This document shows positions 58,898-64,000 of a DNA stretch of 64,000 nt, in pieces. A program made the position numbers and the translations under genes. The notes under the pieces were generated by a model. It worked only from the letters and a program-made list of their open reading frames with translations, searched no databases and was not told where the DNA came from. Positions within the stretch are counted from its first letter, which is position 1, and each line of letters starts with the position of its first letter. The DNA is from a virus (Duplodnaviria > Caudoviricetes): IMG/VR virus record IMGVR_UViG_3300044633_001982. One strand, given 5' to 3'.

Positions 58898-60916
58898 ATG
58901 GGATTTTTAGAAGATTTAGGTTCGGGTCTTAAAGATGTATTAGATGCATTTGTTGGCTCATTAGGTAGCTCTCTTAAAGAAAGTATAAGTACTGATGTTA
59001 TATTAGACAACTTAGATAGAGTTGACGTAGGTATGACTCAGATTATCGGAGGGATGGGCGCTGGTCGAGAATTATCCCATTTAATAAAGTCAAATATTGC
59101 CGGTGCGTACACCAACGTCAAACTTTTAGGTGGTGATTTAGAAAACATTGTACAACAACAACAAAATCTAAATGACAGTACTGGTAGACAATTAATATTA
59201 CAAAGAGAATATCACGACGATTTATTTGCGACAACTAAAGTAACTGAACAATCCGCTCACGAATTGATTACAGCATTTGATAATGCTGGTAAGTCAGTTT
59301 ATGACATTAAAAATACAATGGAAGGTGTTGTAAATCAGTCAAGGTCATTAGGATTAAATGCTACCGAAGTATCAACACGAATGGTTGCTAATCTTGAAAA
59401 GATGAACATGTACGGATTTGAAAGAGGTGTTGAAGGTTTGAGTAGGATGGCCGCCAAATCCGCAATGTTTAAACTTGACATGAGTTCAACATTTAATTTA
59501 GCGGATAAATTGATAAGTCCTGAACAAGCTGTTGAGTTTTCTGCAAGATTACAATCTTTAGGTATACAAAGTGAACTTATTGACCCATTTAGAGCTATGG
59601 ATTTAGCGACGAATGATATGGAAGAGTTACAAAACCAAATGATTGAGTTAGGTAAGGGAATGACTTACTATAACGAACAAACAGGTAAAGTAGAAATATT
59701 CAAAGAAAAAAGAGGGGTTATTAAAGAGTTAGCTGCCGCAGCTGGAATGACTTCTACAGAATTTAGTCGAATGATAGTTCAGAGTGAAACTTTGAACAGG
59801 AAAATGGCGGAAATTAAAATGCCTAATTTAAATATTACTGAAGACCAAAAAACTATGATTGCTAATTTAGCGGCAATGAAGGACGGTCCACAAGGTAAGG
59901 GATATTATGTACAAATAAAAAAAGACGATGGTACGACTACGGAAAAACTTGTATCTTCACTGGATGAAAAAGACATACTAAAATTAGCCGACCAAGTTGC
60001 AAATCCAAAAACTATGGAAGAATTGGCTCAAGACCAAGTAGATTTCTTGTCAAGAATGGCAAATAGTTTAGACGCCATTAAAAACGGACCAAGTATGGGT
60101 ATTGCAGGTTCTAAATTAGGTGAAGGTGTGGTTGATTTAACAATTGCCGCAGACGCTTTAGTTTATAAACCTTTGGCTAAAGCAATGGATTCAGGTAAAA
60201 TTGCTGACATTATTGATAAATCAGGTGACGATTTAAAAAAAATATATGAAAGTATAACTACTTCAGCGAGCGGATTTGATGGTACTCTTGCAGGATTTAA
60301 ATCGTTACTAAACACAGGTCTTGATGGTATTACTGACGCAACACTTGATGCCGCACTTGAATTCCAAAACAATTTAAAACAAGTTAAAAGATTAGGTACT
60401 TTTGCAAATTATGGGGAGGTTTTAGATAAGGCGAATGTTAATGAATATAAAGTTGGTGAAGTTAATGACGGGTTTGTATATGGTCAGGGAAATAATAAAC
60501 AAATAGTGCAAACACATCCTGATGATAATGCGTTTTTTGCTCAAAGACAAGGTATGGTCGCTGCGATGGGGGGTATGGACATTCTTCAAAAAGTTAAAGA
60601 AACTATTATAAGTGCTAACGCGCCTACAAACAACAATAACAATTATTTTGAACAATTCCAAAATATGGCGATGAACCAAAATAATACTAAAGAAGTTAAC
60701 CATAAAATGGACCCTATAAAACATGAGGGTGAATTAAAATTTTCTATTGACATAAACGCACCTGCTGGTGTAGATACAAGAGCGTTAAATGAAATATTTA
60801 AAAATAATAGAGGTTTTATGGAAAATTTAGTTGTTCAATTTAATAAACAAATGGCTAACAATTATTTCACAAACGCACCTACTGATGTTAATAGAACTTA
60901 TATTAATGCGGGATAA
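58898..60916 (+). CDS. Tape measure protein
   Basis: Ala/Gly/Gln-rich helical 672-aa protein directly after the tube and chaperone genes. Confidence 0.8.
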   Translation: MGFLEDLGSGLKDVLDAFVGSLGSSLKESISTDVILDNLDRVDVGMTQIIGGMGAGRELSHLIKSNIAGAYTNVKLLGGDLENIVQQQQNLNDSTGRQLILQREYHDDLFATTKVTEQSAHELITAFDNAGKSVYDIKNTMEGVVNQSRSLGLNATEVSTRMVANLEKMNMYGFERGVEGLSRMAAKSAMFKLDMSSTFNLADKLISPEQAVEFSARLQSLGIQSELIDPFRAMDLATNDMEELQNQMIELGKGMTYYNEQTGKVEIFKEKRGVIKELAAAAGMTSTEFSRMIVQSETLNRKMAEIKMPNLNITEDQKTMIANLAAMKDGPQGKGYYVQIKKDDGTTTEKLVSSLDEKDILKLADQVANPKTMEELAQDQVDFLSRMANSLDAIKNGPSMGIAGSKLGEGVVDLTIAADALVYKPLAKAMDSGKIADIIDKSGDDLKKIYESITTSASGFDGTLAGFKSLLNTGLDGITDATLDAALEFQNNLKQVKRLGTFANYGEVLDKANVNEYKVGEVNDGFVYGQGNNKQIVQTHPDDNAFFAQRQGMVAAMGGMDILQKVKETIISANAPTNNNNNYFEQFQNMAMNQNNTKEVNHKMDPIKHEGELKFSIDINAPAGVDTRALNEIFKNNRGFMENLVVQFNKQMANNYFTNAPTDVNRTYINAG

Positions 60917-60955
60917 AATTTCTTTTCAATCTATTTATTAAAAAAATAGATATAA

Positions 60956-63900
60956 ATGCCAGAAGTACCATTATCATATTTAAGTACTCAAACTTTAAGG
61001 GATTCATTACTGTCAAGAAACTTACAACCCTATGCGGTTCAAGGTAATTTTAATCCAAACGTACAAAATCAAACCCCTGAATACATTCAGTCAAACTCAA
61101 GTGTGGTTGATTCACCGTCAATAACAACAAATATTGACTCCCCAATGTATCAGTCAAGATTGTTAGGTGCGTTAAATGAATATGGACCTGTAAACACCCA
61201 AGATGGTGCCGAATTAATTAGTACTTTACAAACATACAATGTTACTCAAACTACAGATGACCAAGGTAACCCTATTAGCGTAATTGGTAATTTTAATGAA
61301 TATGATTTAAGTGACGAAAAATTACCATCAATAACTTCTGATTTTTATAGATTATCAGTTGGGGTTAATAAATTTAAAAGTACGGGAGATGGGTTATTAT
61401 ATTTTGTAACTACGGTTATTTTACCATCTTTAGGTCAACCTTACTATACCAATATTGTTGGAGGAGTTTCTTCATATTCTTTATATTCAATTTTAACTGA
61501 AGATAATCCTACAGGTAGTATTGGACCAATGTCTAATGATACCGTATTGGTTAAGATAGGTGCTCAAAAATTAAAAGATTATTTTACAGAAAGAATAAGT
61601 AGAGAAATTTCTGATTCTTTAAATCCAATTAATCAAGACGCGTTAAATAATCCTTTTGCGTTATTGACGGGTGTTGAACCATTGATTGACAGAGATTATC
61701 GAATAACAGTTGGACCATTAAGAATAATTTCGACCTTAGAAAGAATCTCAGGTACATATTTTCCGGCATCAATAATACCTGGGAATTATTTAACTAACCC
61801 TGATAGTCAACAAGCTTTTTTTGGACAATTAGTAAATGCGTTTAATCAAACTGGACTTGGAAAAATTGCTGCAAAATTATTTAGAACAAATCAAGACACT
61901 CCTTCTGAGTTATTTTTAGAAAGTACAGGTGGTGCTCAAAAATCTTTTTTATTTAAAAATTTAGATTATAACACATACAAACCTTATTATAAAAGACCTA
62001 TTTTAAGTAGAATATTAGATGCTATAAATCCTTTTGATAATGAGTCAAGTGTTGGATACTATTACGTTGGTTCTAAAGATGTTAATGTAAGTACCTTAAC
62101 ATCACCATCAGGGGAATTACCTGAAGATGCTCAAGGTAACGAATTATCTGCTATTGTTTACGGTCAAGATATTGTCTCTGAAACTTTTGAAGGTAAAAGA
62201 ATATCAAGTATTAATTTTGGATTAAAAGGTAAATCAACCTATGACTCAACTGCAAATGTTGACGGAGGATTTTTATGGTCATCAACAAAATCACTAAAAG
62301 ATGCCGGTAAAAGAGCGGGATTATCAGGAGGAACTAGAACTGAAGACCCTGAGTATAGAATTATTGAAAATGTTATCCAGGGACACGCGTCTCAGAATTT
62401 ATTAGTATCAACAAATTCTGATTTTGTTAGAGACAATAGTCTTTTAGTTAAGACACAACAATTAATTGATTCTGCGGATAAAGTTGAGGGTGAAAGAAGA
62501 CTTAAACATGCGGGTAACGCTATGAACCAAATAAGTAAAGTATTTCACGATGGTTATAAAATTATGACAAAAGGTTCTCAAGTGATGACATATACAGATT
62601 CTAATATTAATCCAATTGGTATTGAATACTGTAGAGTTTTTACTAAAGATACACCATATTATACATTTAATGATTTACAGAAAACCACTTCAAGAATTGA
62701 CGGTTCGGAAATTAATGGTAATATAAGGAAATCAACGTACTCAGTTTTAGATTCAACGTTTAATTTAAATATTGCACCATGGAGAGGGGATAGTGCGACA
62801 AATATAGTTAATCCAGGACGTGATAACGCTTATGTGAAAAAATATATGTTCTCAATTGAAAATTTGGCATGGGCGGGTTCAAAAAGAAAGGGATTTACTT
62901 ATAATGATTTACCTGTGTGTGAAAGAGGTCCAAATGGGGGTAGAGTTATGTGGTTCCCACCATACGGATTAACTTTTACTGATTCATCTACTGCAAATTT
63001 CCATTCAAACAGTTTTTTAGGTAGACCCGAACCAATATATACTTATAAAGACACATCAAGAAGTGGAACTTTGACTTGGAAAATAATTGTTGACCATCCA
63101 TCAATAACTAATCTTTTAGTTGATAAAGTATATAAAAGTTTAGACGATAAGGTGTTAAATAAAGTAATGGATTCATTTTTTTCAGGATGTAAAAAATATG
63201 ATTTATACGATTTAGCAAGTAGTTATAACTTTTTCCCAATAGATTTCTTTTTTGAGGTACAGACTGTTTTAGAAGGAGGGGGTGTTGAAGTTCACGAAAT
63301 AGAACGAATTGTACAAGAACAAATACCAACAGTTGTACCAAATCCTATTCCACCACCAGGACCCGCATTTGATAGTTCTAAATACGAAGGTAAATATGGT
63401 TTTTATTATGAAAATGATTATCCTGACCCTGAAACTACTCAAACAACAACTACGACTAATTATCAAAATTTATATGACACATATATACAACAAAAAGATT
63501 TATATCTTGGATATGCTAATGAAGACAAGAGAGAAGGTGTAGAAAAAATGTTTAGTGTTATTGAATGGAATTGGACTAAAGTTAAGGAAATGATGACTGA
63601 ACTTTATCAGGATATGACTGATGGAAAAATTACACAATGTATCATATATCTTGACGGAACAACATCGGCTTCTGCAAGTGTGTCGTATAATAAAAAATTG
63701 GCGGAAAGAAGGGTTAGTAATGTGAAAAATATGTTTAGTACTTTTTCATTTGATGGTACTAATACATTCGCTCAATTAATAAACGACAATAAATTGTTAA
63801 TTGAAACAAAAGCTTTGGGAGAAGTTGCGACAGTTAATGTTGTAGGACCTGATTATAACTCTACGTTTGTTTGTAATGATGTTACGTTACAACAACCACC

Positions 63901-64000
63901 AACAGACAGTTGGTACTCTGCAAACGCTATGGGATGTAGAAGAGTAGGTATTAGAGAAATAAAAGTAACTCCGGCTGAAAATGTACCTCAACCTGATAAC
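60956..64000 (+). CDS. Large baseplate protein with a tube-initiator-like domain and an OmpA-like domain; partial, runs off the window end; not in ORF track
   Basis: Hand translation is open for 1015 codons from ATG 60956. WFPPYGLTF.D...FLGRPEPIYTY..TSRSG at about 62948-63100; LDGTTSAS...YNKKLAERRV...ALGE...CRRV at about 63640-63950; TATTTATT at 60932-60939. Confidence 0.8.
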   Translation, partial: MPEVPLSYLSTQTLRDSLLSRNLQPYAVQGNFNPNVQNQTPEYIQSNSSVVDSPSITTNIDSPMYQSRLLGALNEYGPVNTQDGAELISTLQTYNVTQTTDDQGNPISVIGNFNEYDLSDEKLPSITSDFYRLSVGVNKFKSTGDGLLYFVTTVILPSLGQPYYTNIVGGVSSYSLYSILTEDNPTGSIGPMSNDTVLVKIGAQKLKDYFTERISREISDSLNPINQDALNNPFALLTGVEPLIDRDYRITVGPLRIISTLERISGTYFPASIIPGNYLTNPDSQQAFFGQLVNAFNQTGLGKIAAKLFRTNQDTPSELFLESTGGAQKSFLFKNLDYNTYKPYYKRPILSRILDAINPFDNESSVGYYYVGSKDVNVSTLTSPSGELPEDAQGNELSAIVYGQDIVSETFEGKRISSINFGLKGKSTYDSTANVDGGFLWSSTKSLKDAGKRAGLSGGTRTEDPEYRIIENVIQGHASQNLLVSTNSDFVRDNSLLVKTQQLIDSADKVEGERRLKHAGNAMNQISKVFHDGYKIMTKGSQVMTYTDSNINPIGIEYCRVFTKDTPYYTFNDLQKTTSRIDGSEINGNIRKSTYSVLDSTFNLNIAPWRGDSATNIVNPGRDNAYVKKYMFSIENLAWAGSKRKGFTYNDLPVCERGPNGGRVMWFPPYGLTFTDSSTANFHSNSFLGRPEPIYTYKDTSRSGTLTWKIIVDHPSITNLLVDKVYKSLDDKVLNKVMDSFFSGCKKYDLYDLASSYNFFPIDFFFEVQTVLEGGGVEVHEIERIVQEQIPTVVPNPIPPPGPAFDSSKYEGKYGFYYENDYPDPETTQTTTTTNYQNLYDTYIQQKDLYLGYANEDKREGVEKMFSVIEWNWTKVKEMMTELYQDMTDGKITQCIIYLDGTTSASASVSYNKKLAERRVSNVKNMFSTFSFDGTNTFAQLINDNKLLIETKALGEVATVNVVGPDYNSTFVCNDVTLQQPPTDSWYSANAMGCRRVGIREIKVTPAENVPQPDN

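Noticed and set aside
50-63542. Short opposite-strand or alternate-frame ORFs in the track (e.g. 50..241, 1377..1580, 11240..11596, 13884..14234, 29534..30031, 31649..31900, 43125..43355, 47023..47328, 58471..58770, 63108..63542)
   Set aside because: They lie within longer, motif-bearing genes and have no recognisable domains; treated as shadow ORFs.
1-64000. Stop-codon reassignment, as seen in some jumbo phages
   Set aside because: Recognisable genes are full length in code 11, and TAA, TAG (57296) and TGA (58729, 47368) all end genes at sensible positions.
1-64000. tRNA, rRNA, integrase, transposase, reverse transcriptase/DGR
   Set aside because: Intergenic gaps are short and contain only promoters and terminators, and no ORF carries the relevant motifs.

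Overview
This is a very AT-rich, gene-dense 64 kb segment of a large (jumbo) myovirus-type bacteriophage, read in the standard genetic code. All family calls are by motif recognition; no database was searched. The window has a T4-like morphogenesis core: neck and head-tail proteins, a 1061-aa tail sheath, tail tube, tail assembly chaperone, tape measure protein and baseplate proteins. It also encodes a family-B DNA polymerase, SNF2 helicase, gp55-like late sigma factor, PhoH, dUTPase and Fe/Mn-SOD. About 30 kb is glycobiology. This includes a Gmd/ColD/ColC-type GDP-colitose pathway, a non-canonical NeuB/NeuA ulosonate cassette with tailoring enzymes, and about 17 glycosyltransferase-like genes. 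One of these is a GT60-like polypeptide:GlcNAc transferase in a cluster flanked by two putative virion proteins with long mucin-like Thr/Pro repeats. The best candidate for an undescribed system is therefore a phage-encoded, mucin-type O-glycosylation machinery for the virion. Other notable signals are a candidate +1 frameshift (TTT_TTT_CGG) in the tail chaperone gene, a TATTTAT(A/T) late-promoter motif, a T4-gp43-operator-like hairpin before the polymerase, and an OmpA-like domain in a baseplate protein. Two large partial ORFs at the window edges and two small ORFs are missing from the supplied ORF track. I saw no tRNA, rRNA, CRISPR array, integrase or transposase.
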